From: Bacteroidota bacterium
Lineage (GTDB): Bacteria > Bacteroidota > Bacteroidia > Bacteroidales > VadinHA17
Assembly: GCA_022561875.1 (NCBI GenBank)
Contig: JADFQJ010000003.1
Coordinates: 56,397-120,396, forward strand
DNA length: 64,000 nt
Direction: 5' to 3'
The position numbers were made by a program, and so were the translations under genes. The notes under the pieces are model-generated. The model saw nothing but the letters and a program-made list of their open reading frames with translations, made no database searches and was not told where the DNA came from. Shown here one piece after another: positions 25,774 to 35,268 of the stretch (positions are counted from its first letter, which is position 1; every line of letters starts with the position of its first letter).

Positions 25774-26658
25774 ATGAAAATATCCAGGAGATTTTTTTTA
25801 GGTCTGTTTTCTGCCGGATTTTTCGGCCTTGGATTGAAAGCCAATATTAGTTTTGGAGTGAAGCCTTCTCTTCTTAATGTTAATAAATTTAAACTGGGTA
25901 GAACAGGGATATCAGTAACACCTTTAGCTTTTGGCGCTTCACGAACCCAGGAATCCGGATTACTAAAAGCCGCACTTGATTCGGGAATGAATTTCTTAGA
26001 CACCGGCCGTTCATATGCTGCCGGGCAGAATGAAGTGATGGTTGGAAAGACAATAAAAGAAATGCGGAAACAGGTTGTTATTCAATCAAAAGTCAGGGTC
26101 CCTTTTAAACCAGGAGAGAAAGACGAGATTACCAGGCATTTACAGAAAGAACTGGAAATAAGTTTGAAAGCTTTGCAAACAGATTTCATTGATATTCTCT
26201 TATACCACGGCGCCACGAATGAGGATCTGTTATTTGACAAATCGGTCATAGACTTTTTCAGGTCTGCCAAAGAGAAAGGATTGATCCGGGCTCATGGTTT
26301 CTCGACACACAGTAATCAGGTAGAGTTGATAAAAGCTAATAACAGGCAAGGATTCTATGATGTTGTAATGGTACCGGTAAACCCACATGGAGCATTTGTC
26401 CATTCCAACTCCGGTTGGGAAACCTCCTGGGATCAGGGAGCATTATTTACCGAGCTTCGTGAAGCCAGAAAGAATGGTGTTGGTGTATTGGCAATGAAAA
26501 CCTGTTCCGGAGGGCCATTTGCTTATGATAAGCCGGGTCAACCTACTTTCCCCGGAGCTATACGCTGGGTGATCGATCAACCCGAAGTGGATTGTGCAGT
26601 AGCAGCTATGGCGAATTTCAAAGAAATTGCGGAAAACACAGGAATATTTGAGGGTTAG
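25774..26658 (+). CDS. aldo/keto reductase with a twin-arginine (Tat) signal peptide
   Basis: MKISRRFFLGLFSAGFFGLGL Tat-type leader. AKR tetrad candidates are D in FLDTG, Y in RSYAAG, K in IQSKV and H in LLYHG. Confidence 0.8.
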   Translation: MKISRRFFLGLFSAGFFGLGLKANISFGVKPSLLNVNKFKLGRTGISVTPLAFGASRTQESGLLKAALDSGMNFLDTGRSYAAGQNEVMVGKTIKEMRKQVVIQSKVRVPFKPGEKDEITRHLQKELEISLKALQTDFIDILLYHGATNEDLLFDKSVIDFFRSAKEKGLIRAHGFSTHSNQVELIKANNRQGFYDVVMVPVNPHGAFVHSNSGWETSWDQGALFTELREARKNGVGVLAMKTCSGGPFAYDKPGQPTFPGAIRWVIDQPEVDCAVAAMANFKEIAENTGIFEG

Positions 26659-26798
26659 TTTGGTAAGAGAAGCGAAATGAAGGATCTCCGGCCAATTGGT
26701 AAGTCTGCCCGGTTTATCAATTCAGGTTTTCATCCATAAAATTTGTCTTTTGTCGGGCAGTCGTCTACTTTTCTCTGACAAGCACGGATTTCATTTGA

Positions 26799-27125
26799 TT
26801 ATTTTATCATTGTAAGGATCATTTTGAATTTTTCCTTCGCTTCTACTGCGTGAGGTATATTAGCCGGCATGATAATTGAGTCCCCGGCATTAAGTTCATA
26901 TGGTTTCCCCTCAATTATAATGGCTGCTTCACCTTCAACAACCTGAACCAATGCGTCGAACGGCGCAGTATGTTCGCTTAAGCTTTCTCCTTTGTCAAAA
27001 GCAAACAGGGAAATGTTTCCTGTATCCTTTTTTATCACATTTTTACTCACAATTCCACCAGAAGAATATTCCACTTTGGCAGGAAATGAAAAAATGCTGC
27101 TTGTTTCAAAATAAATGTTTGACAT
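26799..27125 (-). CDS. cupin domain-containing protein
   Basis: 108 aa with a cupin_2 pattern (SEHTAPFDALVQVVEGEAAIIIEGK...GDSIIMPANIPHAVEA). Confidence 0.75.
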   Translation of the reverse strand: MSNIYFETSSIFSFPAKVEYSSGGIVSKNVIKKDTGNISLFAFDKGESLSEHTAPFDALVQVVEGEAAIIIEGKPYELNAGDSIIMPANIPHAVEAKEKFKMILTMIK

Positions 27126-27171
27126 AATATATAATCTTTTAGTTTAGAAAAATTTGTAATTTATTTGCTCA

Positions 27172-27315
27172 TTAAATTTTGTACAGAGCTTGTTGAGGGT
27201 CGGCAATCTGGTCTTCAACATTTTCAATCCCAACCGATAGTCTGACCAAACCGTTGGTAACACCCGCTTTTAATTTTTCCTCCCCGGGCATTCCTGAATG
27301 TGTCATAGAAGCAGG
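27172..27315 (-). pseudogene. 3'-terminal fragment of a Cys/Met-metabolism PLP-dependent enzyme (cystathionine lyase/synthase or O-acetylhomoserine sulfhydrylase type)
   Basis: The reverse strand translates to [47 protein letters not shown]-stop. This is the conserved C-terminal ~48 aa of the family. Nothing upstream of it remains, and it starts within ~8 nt of the tRNA-Arg 3' end. Confidence 0.7.
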
Positions 27316-27322
27316 TCGGTTG

Positions 27323-27394
27323 TAGCCCCACCAGGACTCGAACCTGAATCTGAAGTTTAGGAAACTTCCGTTCTATCCCTTGAACTATGGGGCC
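27323..27394 (-). tRNA. tRNA-Arg (anticodon CCT)
   Basis: Manual cloverleaf: acceptor GGCCCCA/TGGGGCT, D arm GTTC-AAGGGATA-GAAC, anticodon arm GAAGT-TTCCTAA-ACTTC, T arm TCAGG-TTCGAGT-CCTGG, discriminator A. 72 nt, no encoded CCA. Confidence 0.9.
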
Positions 27395-27539
27395 GTTATA
27401 GGATCGGGATTTTGGCGGGAACAAAGATAACGGATTTTGAGCTTATGTCAAAAACAGAGATTATACTCGTTAACAAAAAAAAACGCCTGTTGCTATTTTT
27501 ACCAGCTTGCAATTGTTATTTTTGTTAAAATATAAAAAG

Positions 27540-28082
27540 ATGAATTACCTTGACCTGATACTTGCTATTCCCCTGGTATGGGGTGTTTTTGTTGGTTTTA
27601 AAAACGGACTGATCATTGAAGCAGCTTCTCTTGCAGCTCTGGTACTTGGAATTTTTGGAGCGATACATTTTTCCGACCTTACTGCAGGTTTCCTTGTTGA
27701 AAATCTTAATGTAACAACTCAGTATATCAATCTGATAGCTTTTGCCGTTACCTTTGTCGGAATAGTGATACTTGTTCATCTGCTTGCTAAAATGGTAGAC
27801 AAACTGGTAAAAGCTGTTGCACTTGGTTTTGTAAACAGGCTCCTGGGCATGGTGTTTGGTTTGATAAAATATGCTTTTATTATAAGTATAATTCTTGTCA
27901 TTATTAATGCCGTTAACAGCAATATGACATTCATTTCGAAGAAAAAAATCGAAAAATCAATTCTTTTTAAGCCATTATCCGACTTTGCCCCGGGCATCTT
28001 CCCTTATCTTGATTTTCAGGAGATAAAGAAGGGAATTAAGGATTTTAAGGATGAAAAGAATACGCCTGTATTGGAGTTATAA
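27540..28082 (+). CDS. cvpA: CvpA family membrane protein
   Basis: MNYLDLILAIPLVWGVFVGFKNGLI... with four TM helices, a typical CvpA N-terminus. Start moved to ATG 27540. Confidence 0.75.
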   Translation: MNYLDLILAIPLVWGVFVGFKNGLIIEAASLAALVLGIFGAIHFSDLTAGFLVENLNVTTQYINLIAFAVTFVGIVILVHLLAKMVDKLVKAVALGFVNRLLGMVFGLIKYAFIISIILVIINAVNSNMTFISKKKIEKSILFKPLSDFAPGIFPYLDFQEIKKGIKDFKDEKNTPVLEL

Positions 28083-28141
28083 TAAAGAAAAAAGTAACTA
28101 ATCAAACTTAAGACACGGAATAGTCATAGAAAAAAAAATAA

Positions 28142-29437
28142 ATGGATTTTATTGAAGAGTTGAAATGGAGGGGCATGATTCATGATATGATGCCCGGAAC
28201 GGATGAGCAGTTAAAAAAGGAAATGACAACTGCCTATATTGGATTCGATCCTTCCTCTGATTCATTGCATATAGGTAATCTTGTTGGAATTATGATCTTG
28301 CAGCAATTCCAGCGGGCAGGACATAAACCTCTTGTGCTTATTGGTGGCGCTACAGGTATGATAGGTGATCCTTCAGGGAAGTCGCAGGAGAGAAACCTGC
28401 TTGATGAAAAGGAATTGCGTCATAATCAGGAGGCTATAAGAAAGCAACTTGAAAAATTTTTCGATTTTGATACGGAAAAGCCCAACGCTGCCGAAGTGGT
28501 GAATAACTACGATTGGATGAAAACATTCAGCTTTCTGGAATTTATTCGTGATATAGGGAAACATCTTACTGTTAATTATTTGATAGCAAAAGAATCGGTA
28601 AAAAAACGTCTCGATCCGGAAACCGGGTCTGGAATGTCTTTCACAGAGTTTTCATACCAGTTGGTTCAGGGATATGATTTCCTGCATCTTTACAAGGAAA
28701 AGAGCTGCAAACTGCAGATGGGAGGATCAGACCAGTGGGGAAATATTGTTACAGGTACTGAACTGATCCGGCGAAAGGAGCAAGGCGAAGCTTTTGCACT
28801 GACAAGTCCGCTTATTACCAAATCCGACGGAGGAAAATTTGGAAAAACAGAAGCTGGAAATGTATGGCTCGATCCCCGGAAAACTTCACCATATAAATTT
28901 TACCAGTTCTGGCTGAATGTGTCTGATGAAGATGCAAAAAAATATATCAGGATATTTACATTATTGCCACAGGAAGAGATATTTGCTTTAATTAAAGAAC
29001 ACAAAGAAGCACCGCATGAACGGTTGCTTCAAAAAACCCTTGCAAGAGTGGTGACAATAATGGTTCATTCCGAAGATGATTATAAAACTGCAGTTGAGGC
29101 ATCCGGCATATTATTTGGTAAAACTACTGCTGAACAATTACAAAAACTGGACGAAAGTACTTTCCTTTCGGTATTTGAAGGGGTACCGGCTTTTGAAATC
29201 AGCAGCAGAGAAATAAGTTCCGGAATTGGTCTTACAAAACTTTTAGCGGAAAAAACTCAGGTTTTTCAATCCAAGGGAGAAATGAGAAGATTTGTAAAAG
29301 GAGGCGGATTGAGCCTGAATAAGAAAAAAATAACAGATCCTGAAGTTAATATCTCTCTTTCAGACCTGATCAATAATAAATATTTACTGGTGCAGAAAGG
29401 CAGGAAGAATTATTTCCTGCTTAAAGTAATTTTCTGA
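28142..29437 (+). CDS. tyrS: tyrosine--tRNA ligase
   Basis: HIGN motif ([10 protein letters not shown]), KFGKT (KMSKS-equivalent) and a C-terminal S4 domain. 431 aa. Confidence 0.95.
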   Translation: MDFIEELKWRGMIHDMMPGTDEQLKKEMTTAYIGFDPSSDSLHIGNLVGIMILQQFQRAGHKPLVLIGGATGMIGDPSGKSQERNLLDEKELRHNQEAIRKQLEKFFDFDTEKPNAAEVVNNYDWMKTFSFLEFIRDIGKHLTVNYLIAKESVKKRLDPETGSGMSFTEFSYQLVQGYDFLHLYKEKSCKLQMGGSDQWGNIVTGTELIRRKEQGEAFALTSPLITKSDGGKFGKTEAGNVWLDPRKTSPYKFYQFWLNVSDEDAKKYIRIFTLLPQEEIFALIKEHKEAPHERLLQKTLARVVTIMVHSEDDYKTAVEASGILFGKTTAEQLQKLDESTFLSVFEGVPAFEISSREISSGIGLTKLLAEKTQVFQSKGEMRRFVKGGGLSLNKKKITDPEVNISLSDLINNKYLLVQKGRKNYFLLKVIF

Positions 29438-29533
29438 ATATACTTTTTCTACCTCTGTTACGTTAAAAAAATATATTATGAGTCCAGGGCTTGCTCCGGG
29501 GTTTATTAATATTTAATTTTAAAAAATTCCACA

Positions 29534-30550
29534 ATGAAAAAACCAACCGAAGCAGATTTGAATTTCAAAACTACCAATCTGCTTCTTTTCATGTTCAACA
29601 AAAGGAAACCACTTATTATCATTTCAATTCTTGCTTTTGCAGTATCGGTTTTGGTTTCTTTACTTATTACGCCACGTTTTCGTTCAACAGTAATTCTTTT
29701 CCCGGCCTCCTTAACATCGGTTTCCAGGGCACTGATTTCAACATCAGGAAGTTACGAAGAAAAAGGCATTCTTCAATTCGGGGAAGAAGAAGAAACTGAA
29801 AAACTTCTGCAAATTCTTTATTCAGATGAGATAAGGGATTTCCTGGTTGCCAAGTATGATCTGTTTGACCATTATGATATAGATCCCGGCTCAAAATATC
29901 GATATACGCAATTATATAACCGGATGAAAGAGAACATCTCATTCAGAAAAACTGAATATATGTCCATTGAGATAGAGGTATTGGATACTGACCCTGTAAT
30001 TGCTGCCGGTATGGGCAATGATATTGCAGCTATGCTTGATTCAACAATAAACAGGATGAGAAAAAGAAGAGCCATGGCGGCATATAAGATAGTCAGAAAA
30101 GAATATTTTGCACTTCAGAAAGATATTAAGGAAATTGAAGATTCGCTGAGACAAATCGGGGAACAGGGAGTTTATGATTTTGAGTCACAGTCAGCCGGTT
30201 TGAATGAAGCGTATTTGAAAGCCGTTTCCGAGGGTAATACTTTTCTGACCAATAAACTTGAAGAGCAAATTAAAAAGCTTGGGAAATATGGAGCGACATA
30301 TCTTTTTTTGAAAGAATTTCTTGAGAATGAAAGTGCCCGGCTCAGCGACCTGAAAGAGAAATATGTTCAGGCTAAAGTGGATTTGGAGCAGAACCTGCCA
30401 CACACATTTATTGTGAATGATGCAAAGGTGGCTGAGAAAAAAGCTTATCCCCGGAGGTCATTGATTGTTATTACTTCTACAATGTCTGCTTTCCTTCTGA
30501 CACTTTTACTATTAATAGCAGCAGAATCAGTTCGCAGTGAACAATCGTAA
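29534..30550 (+). CDS. Wzz-like polysaccharide chain-length determinant family protein
   Basis: N-terminal TM, long coiled-coil periplasmic region, C-terminal TM (LIVITSTMSAFLLTLLLLIAA). Confidence 0.55.
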   Translation: MKKPTEADLNFKTTNLLLFMFNKRKPLIIISILAFAVSVLVSLLITPRFRSTVILFPASLTSVSRALISTSGSYEEKGILQFGEEEETEKLLQILYSDEIRDFLVAKYDLFDHYDIDPGSKYRYTQLYNRMKENISFRKTEYMSIEIEVLDTDPVIAAGMGNDIAAMLDSTINRMRKRRAMAAYKIVRKEYFALQKDIKEIEDSLRQIGEQGVYDFESQSAGLNEAYLKAVSEGNTFLTNKLEEQIKKLGKYGATYLFLKEFLENESARLSDLKEKYVQAKVDLEQNLPHTFIVNDAKVAEKKAYPRRSLIVITSTMSAFLLTLLLLIAAESVRSEQS

Positions 30551-30552
30551 AT

Positions 30553-32031
30553 ATGATCCGCCTTTCTGAATATTCAAAACGAAATTTGTGGATATACCTG
30601 GCTTCCGCCCTGTTTGTAATAGTTAACGGATTACTGGTATATAATGAGGTTTATATTTTAAATCTGTTGCCTTTTGTTTTATTGTTTTTGCTGCTTGCTT
30701 TCCTTGCGCTTGATAAGCTTTTTCTGGTTATTGTTTTCCTGACCCCGCTGTCTGTTCCTATGGCAGAAATTATCTCAGGATTGTCGGTAAATCTTTACCT
30801 TCCGACTGAGCCATTATTATTTGGAGCGATGATTCTGTTTGTTTTCAAACTGGGTTATGAAAAACAGGTTGACCTGAAAATTTTCACACATCCCGTCTCA
30901 CTGGCAATCTATTTAAATCTGATCTGGATATTGATCACCTCTGTTACCAGCACTATGCCTTTTGTCTCTTTTAAATTTCTTTTTGCCAGATTGTGGTTTG
31001 TAACCGGATACTTTTTCCTTGCAACCTACTGTTTTAAAAAACCGGAAAATATTAAATGGTTTTTCAGGGCTTATCTGGCAGGGCTCTCTCTGGTTATCAT
31101 ATATACATTAATTAATCATTCCAGGGTCGGATTGATCAATCAGGAAGCTGCTCACTCGGCTGTACATCCTTTTTATAATGATCACACCGCATATGGTGCT
31201 GCTCTTGCAATGTATATTCCGGTTATTGTTGCTTTTGTTTTTTCACTTGGCAAAAAAGGATCCTTGTATAAGGTGCAATGGATATTATTACTGGCGCTTT
31301 TTTCATTTGCCATGGTTTTTTCATATACACGGGCAGGATGGATAAGCCTGGCAGGTGCGTTTGTTATTTATTTACTTATAAAGTTCAGAGTAAGAATAAG
31401 TTTGCTGGTATTTGCAATTGTAATACTGATAGCAGCCGGATACCTGTTCAGAAGCAATATCCTGATGGAGTTGGAAAAAAACAGGCAGGATTCATCTGCT
31501 AACCTTGCTGAGCATATACAATCTATTTCTAATATCACTTCAGATGCATCTAATCTTGAAAGGATCAACCGTTGGAAATCTGCTTTCCGGATGTTCAATG
31601 AAAGACCGGTTTTCGGCTGGGGACCGGGAACTTATATGTTCCTTTATGCACCGTATCAACAATCAGGCGAGAAAACAATAATCAGCACTAATTTTGGAGA
31701 TTTGGGCAATGCACACAGCGAGTATATCGGTCCGCTGGCAGAATCGGGAGCCATGGGCACAATATCATTTTTAGTGATAGTTATGGCGGTAATAATTACC
31801 GGTATACGAGTCTGGCGTAATCTTAAGGGAACATGGAGCGGATCGCTGGCCCTTGGGACTTTGATTGGTTTGACAACATACTTCCTTCATGGACTGGTGA
31901 ATAATTTCCTTGACACTGATAAAGCATCGGCCCCATTCTGGGGATTTATAGCTATTCTTGTTGTGCTGGATATATATGGGAAAAAATCCGGAAAAAAACC
32001 CTTCACAGGGAAATTTTCAGTAATTAAATAA
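30553..32031 (+). CDS. O-antigen ligase / Wzy_C domain membrane protein
   Basis: About 12 TM helices, with the Wzy_C loop region (SYTRAGWISLAG...HSEYIGPLAESG). Confidence 0.75.
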   Translation: MIRLSEYSKRNLWIYLASALFVIVNGLLVYNEVYILNLLPFVLLFLLLAFLALDKLFLVIVFLTPLSVPMAEIISGLSVNLYLPTEPLLFGAMILFVFKLGYEKQVDLKIFTHPVSLAIYLNLIWILITSVTSTMPFVSFKFLFARLWFVTGYFFLATYCFKKPENIKWFFRAYLAGLSLVIIYTLINHSRVGLINQEAAHSAVHPFYNDHTAYGAALAMYIPVIVAFVFSLGKKGSLYKVQWILLLALFSFAMVFSYTRAGWISLAGAFVIYLLIKFRVRISLLVFAIVILIAAGYLFRSNILMELEKNRQDSSANLAEHIQSISNITSDASNLERINRWKSAFRMFNERPVFGWGPGTYMFLYAPYQQSGEKTIISTNFGDLGNAHSEYIGPLAESGAMGTISFLVIVMAVIITGIRVWRNLKGTWSGSLALGTLIGLTTYFLHGLVNNFLDTDKASAPFWGFIAILVVLDIYGKKSGKKPFTGKFSVIK

Positions 32032-33256
32032 AAAACTCGACTCCGATGATGGAGATATCATCGAACAGTCTGTCATTTCCATCCGGTATATTCTGACTCT
32101 CTATTACCTGATTAATATTTTTATCAATCCGGTCATTATTGGAGATATATTTCTCTATAATACGTGTGCCAATTTCTTTACCATTTTCATCCGGCAGTTC
32201 TGACAAACCATCGGTATAACAAAAGATTTTTGAATGTTCACGGATAGTTATAAACTTTTTGTTTATAACTGGAATTTCATCTAACATTCCCATCCCCACA
32301 CAGTTGCTTTCAAGCAGGATGGTTTTTTTCGAGTCGATAAAGTATAAAACAGGGGGGTTATGAGCTGCGTTAATATATTCAAGTTTGTGAGTTTGAAAAT
32401 TATATCTGGCAACGAATAATGTAATAAACTTTTCTCCCTGGGCGCTTTTTGTTACACGCTCATTCAACTGTTTAACAAGAGATTCCAGGCGGATCTCATA
32501 AGTAAACAAACCCCTCATATTGGCCTGAAAATTAGCCATTAACAAAGCAGCCGAGATACCTTTTCCCGACACATCGGCAATACAAAACCCAATATCATTC
32601 TTACTCAGGAATATACAATCGTAATAATCACCACCGATATCATAGTGAGGATGATAAAACCCGGTGGTAAATACATTTTTGTTCTGTGGGAGGTGTACAT
32701 TGTCTGGTATAAGAAGGTTCTGCATTTTGGAGGCCAGTTCCATCTCTTTTTTAAGAGCTTCCTGCCGGAGACTTTCGTTAAAAAGCCTTATGTTTTCAAT
32801 AGCAACCAAAATTATATTCGAGAGGGTCTGGATGAAGTGCAGATGTTTTATTGCAGGACTCATCCCATCTGCCTCTTCATCAATATCACCGATAAGAACA
32901 TATGCCAGGGGTTCATTTTTGTTAAAAACAGGAATAATAATATCAAAAGCGCTTAATTTATTCTCTTCCGAAGCAGGGACAAAAGTAATTTCCTTATGTT
33001 CCAACAGGTCATTTTCAACACTAATATTCTCATAGCTGCTTTTATTGCAACCTGAGCTTAAGATATTTTCCCACTTCTCGCTATATTTATATATCAGGAT
33101 CTTCCCAATGTTCAGATCATGCCTGAGTAGTTTCTGATAACGCTCAAGCAACTCGTCTATAGTCAGATTTTCGTTTATGGCCCTTGTGATCTCCAGAATG
33201 GAGTTCAGTTTGAATTTTGACAGCTTCAATCTTTTTATGGATGCCCTTGTTGCCAT
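32024..33256 (-). CDS. GAF-domain SpoIIE/PP2C-family serine phosphatase (RsbU-like)
   Basis: C-terminal PP2C motifs (GGDYYD, ADVSGKGISAALLMA, YTDGLSE, DDISIIG). The N-terminal half is GAF-like. Confidence 0.85.
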   Translation of the reverse strand: MATRASIKRLKLSKFKLNSILEITRAINENLTIDELLERYQKLLRHDLNIGKILIYKYSEKWENILSSGCNKSSYENISVENDLLEHKEITFVPASEENKLSAFDIIIPVFNKNEPLAYVLIGDIDEEADGMSPAIKHLHFIQTLSNIILVAIENIRLFNESLRQEALKKEMELASKMQNLLIPDNVHLPQNKNVFTTGFYHPHYDIGGDYYDCIFLSKNDIGFCIADVSGKGISAALLMANFQANMRGLFTYEIRLESLVKQLNERVTKSAQGEKFITLFVARYNFQTHKLEYINAAHNPPVLYFIDSKKTILLESNCVGMGMLDEIPVINKKFITIREHSKIFCYTDGLSELPDENGKEIGTRIIEKYISNNDRIDKNINQVIESQNIPDGNDRLFDDISIIGVEFFI

Positions 33257-33285
33257 ATTTGAACGGATCCTGTTATTAATTCTTT

Positions 33286-33540
33286 GTAATTATTCAGTGC
33301 CTAAATAAAAAAGTGCCTTAAGTTTGAAATAGCTAAAATGCCTAAAGTTATAAATAAATAGCGCCTAAAATTTAAAATGACTAAATGACTAAATGCTAAA
33401 ATGTCCAGAATGTTACGAGTTACGAGTTACGAGGTTCGGGTATTTGAACCTTTAACTTGTCTTCCTCCCTACTATTTACTACTTACTTCCTACTTCTTTC
33501 TTCACTCACCTCTCACCGCTTCTTCCTCTCCTTCCTCACC
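33286..33540. repeat. mosaic repeat patch (TGCCTAAA words, AAATGACT octads, GTTACGA heptads, TTTGAACCTTTAACT module, CT-rich tail)
   Basis: Octads at 33375-33403. GTTACGA x3 plus GGTTCGG at 33412-33439. The pyrimidine-rich stretch runs up to the efp stop codon. Confidence 0.85.
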
Positions 33541-34107
33541 TTATTTTGCTCTTTCGGAGTATGATTTATCCCTTGTGTCGATTTTTATCTTGTTACCGGT
33601 ATTTACAAACAGTGGCACCATGATGGTTGCTCCTGTTTCTACTTCCGCCGGTTTGAGTGAACTGGTTGAAGAAGTATCTCCTTTAACTCCCGGTTCGGTA
33701 TATGTTACTTCCAGTATAATGAAGGAGGGTAACTCACAGGATATAGGTGTTTCAGTTTCATTGTGATACACGATCTCAACCTTCTGGCTTTCTTTAAGCA
33801 GATCCGGGCTGACTATGAGATCTTTCTGAATTGCAACCTGTTCAAATGTTTCTGTATGCATGAAATGATATCCCAGATCATCCTTATAAAGGAATTGGTA
33901 AGGTCGTCTTTCAATTCTTGCCACAGTAACCTTATGGCCTGAAGTAAAAGTATTTTCAATTACTTTACCGGTAGTGATACTTTTAAGTTTTGTTCTTACG
34001 AATGCAGGTCCTTTCCCCGGTTTGACATGCTGGAACTGGACAATAGAATATAGATCATTGTTGAATTCGATACAAAGCCCGTTTCTGAAATCTGAGGTTG
34101 TTGCCAT
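33541..34107 (-). CDS. efp: elongation factor P
   Basis: MATTSDFRNGLCIEF...VKPGKGPAFVRTKLKS. 188 aa. Confidence 0.95.
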   Translation of the reverse strand: MATTSDFRNGLCIEFNNDLYSIVQFQHVKPGKGPAFVRTKLKSITTGKVIENTFTSGHKVTVARIERRPYQFLYKDDLGYHFMHTETFEQVAIQKDLIVSPDLLKESQKVEIVYHNETETPISCELPSFIILEVTYTEPGVKGDTSSTSSLKPAEVETGATIMVPLFVNTGNKIKIDTRDKSYSERAK

Positions 34108-34257
34108 GAATAACTATTTTTTATTAAGATACAAAATAATTCAAAAACAATGAATAATACAAGAAGATTTATGTAAAAAGACTTTTCAGACAGCCCTTAA
34201 TGTCAGCGAACGCAGCGAGCCAATGACTCGAGCGACAGCGAATTAATGGCACGATTG

Positions 34258-35061
34258 TTAGCGAGCAGGTTTAATCAAACTTTCAAAGCTGTATTTAATT
34301 CCCTGATACCGGATGAGATCCATTTTTATTGACCCGATATAAATATCAAACCTGATTCTGACAGGCAGAAAATTTTTATCTTTTGAAAACCATATTGACA
34401 TATCATTTTCAGTTTTAAAGAGTCTGCCTACTTCAGTAACCGGGTCAAAACGGTAACATTCCACTTTCCCGAGTTTTGTTCTAATAGTTTCTATTCCCTT
34501 ATAACGAATATCAAGAGGGAATAATTCATCAGTGAAATAGGTTAAAATATGAATTATCTCTCCTTGATTAATATCATTAGGGAGGTAATATTTTCTCAGA
34601 TAGAAAAAACCTGAAAGAATATCGTGTATGTTTTTTGGAACAACCTGAAGGCCTGAAGTCTGGCTGTAAACCAGGGATGAGTCGGTCCGGGATTCGTGGT
34701 CAAACAACACTTCATTGTATCTTTTGTATCTCCCTTCACTGATATTACGAATAGCTTTAACCGGCAGATCGGTGGATGGATCAATATAACTTTCATAAAT
34801 ATCCCGCACTTTATAAAGAACATCTGCAATACCTGTGGTTTTTGCATCAATTACAACATGATATGCCTTTTTACCTAAGATCGAATCATTGTTAATACTT
34901 AGAGACACTATTCCTCCATTGATAAAACCGTAATGAATAAGAAAGGTAAGGTTTTCCCCGGCCTGGTAAGGAGAATTGATAATGGTATTGTTCTCATTGT
35001 TAAAAGAGGAAATTACCGGCACAAAAAACAGGCAGGCTATTATGATACAGATTCTTTTCAT
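34258..35061 (-). CDS. DUF3108 domain-containing protein
   Basis: Signal peptide, GENLTFLIHYGFINGG and a C-terminal barrel-like pattern. Family assignment is from memory. Confidence 0.55.
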   Translation of the reverse strand: MKRICIIIACLFFVPVISSFNNENNTIINSPYQAGENLTFLIHYGFINGGIVSLSINNDSILGKKAYHVVIDAKTTGIADVLYKVRDIYESYIDPSTDLPVKAIRNISEGRYKRYNEVLFDHESRTDSSLVYSQTSGLQVVPKNIHDILSGFFYLRKYYLPNDINQGEIIHILTYFTDELFPLDIRYKGIETIRTKLGKVECYRFDPVTEVGRLFKTENDMSIWFSKDKNFLPVRIRFDIYIGSIKMDLIRYQGIKYSFESLIKPAR

Positions 35062-35179
35062 CTAACGTTTTATTACTAAACTATTCAAAAAGCATACCTT
35101 AATGCTTTTAGCAAATATAGATAACAGTTCATTACATTCATAACTACTCAATAAAAGAAATGATTAAATGAGTGAATGA

Positions 35180-35268
35180 CTTCAGAATTCATGTTTCATA
35201 TTTCGGTTACAACTTATGCATATCCTTAAAGCATAAAAAGTATAAGGATTTTGCGAACGAAGTGAAGC
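35180..35268 (+). repeat. interspersed ~90-120 bp repeat, copy 1
   Basis: ...CGGTTACAACTTATGCATATCCTTAAAGCATAAAAAGTATAAGGATTTTGCGAACGAAGTGAAGC, near-identical to the reverse complement of 57700-57821. Confidence 0.85.

Noticed and set aside
24529-27322. Intact genomic island or prophage at tRNA-Arg, and likewise near tRNA-Gln (41243-41318) and tRNA-Asn (45231-45304).
   Set aside because: There is no integrase, recombinase, phage or conjugation gene, and I could find no direct repeat of a tRNA 3' end by eye. Only a scar next to tRNA-Arg is supported.
27224-27424. 66-aa minus-strand ORF.
   Set aside because: It overlaps tRNA-Arg(CCT) and is out of frame with the PLP-enzyme remnant. It is an artefact.
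28083-28141. T-box or other leader upstream of tyrS, and similarly riboswitches upstream of ilvE (57830-57889) and queA (61868-61938).
   Set aside because: The spacers are short and AT-rich, and I could recognise no specifier or antiterminator, preQ1 or other riboswitch core. An Infernal scan is needed to be certain.
33401-33766. 121-aa plus-strand ORF.
   Set aside because: It is made of the CT-rich repeat tail plus the antisense strand of efp. The low-complexity peptide is spurious.
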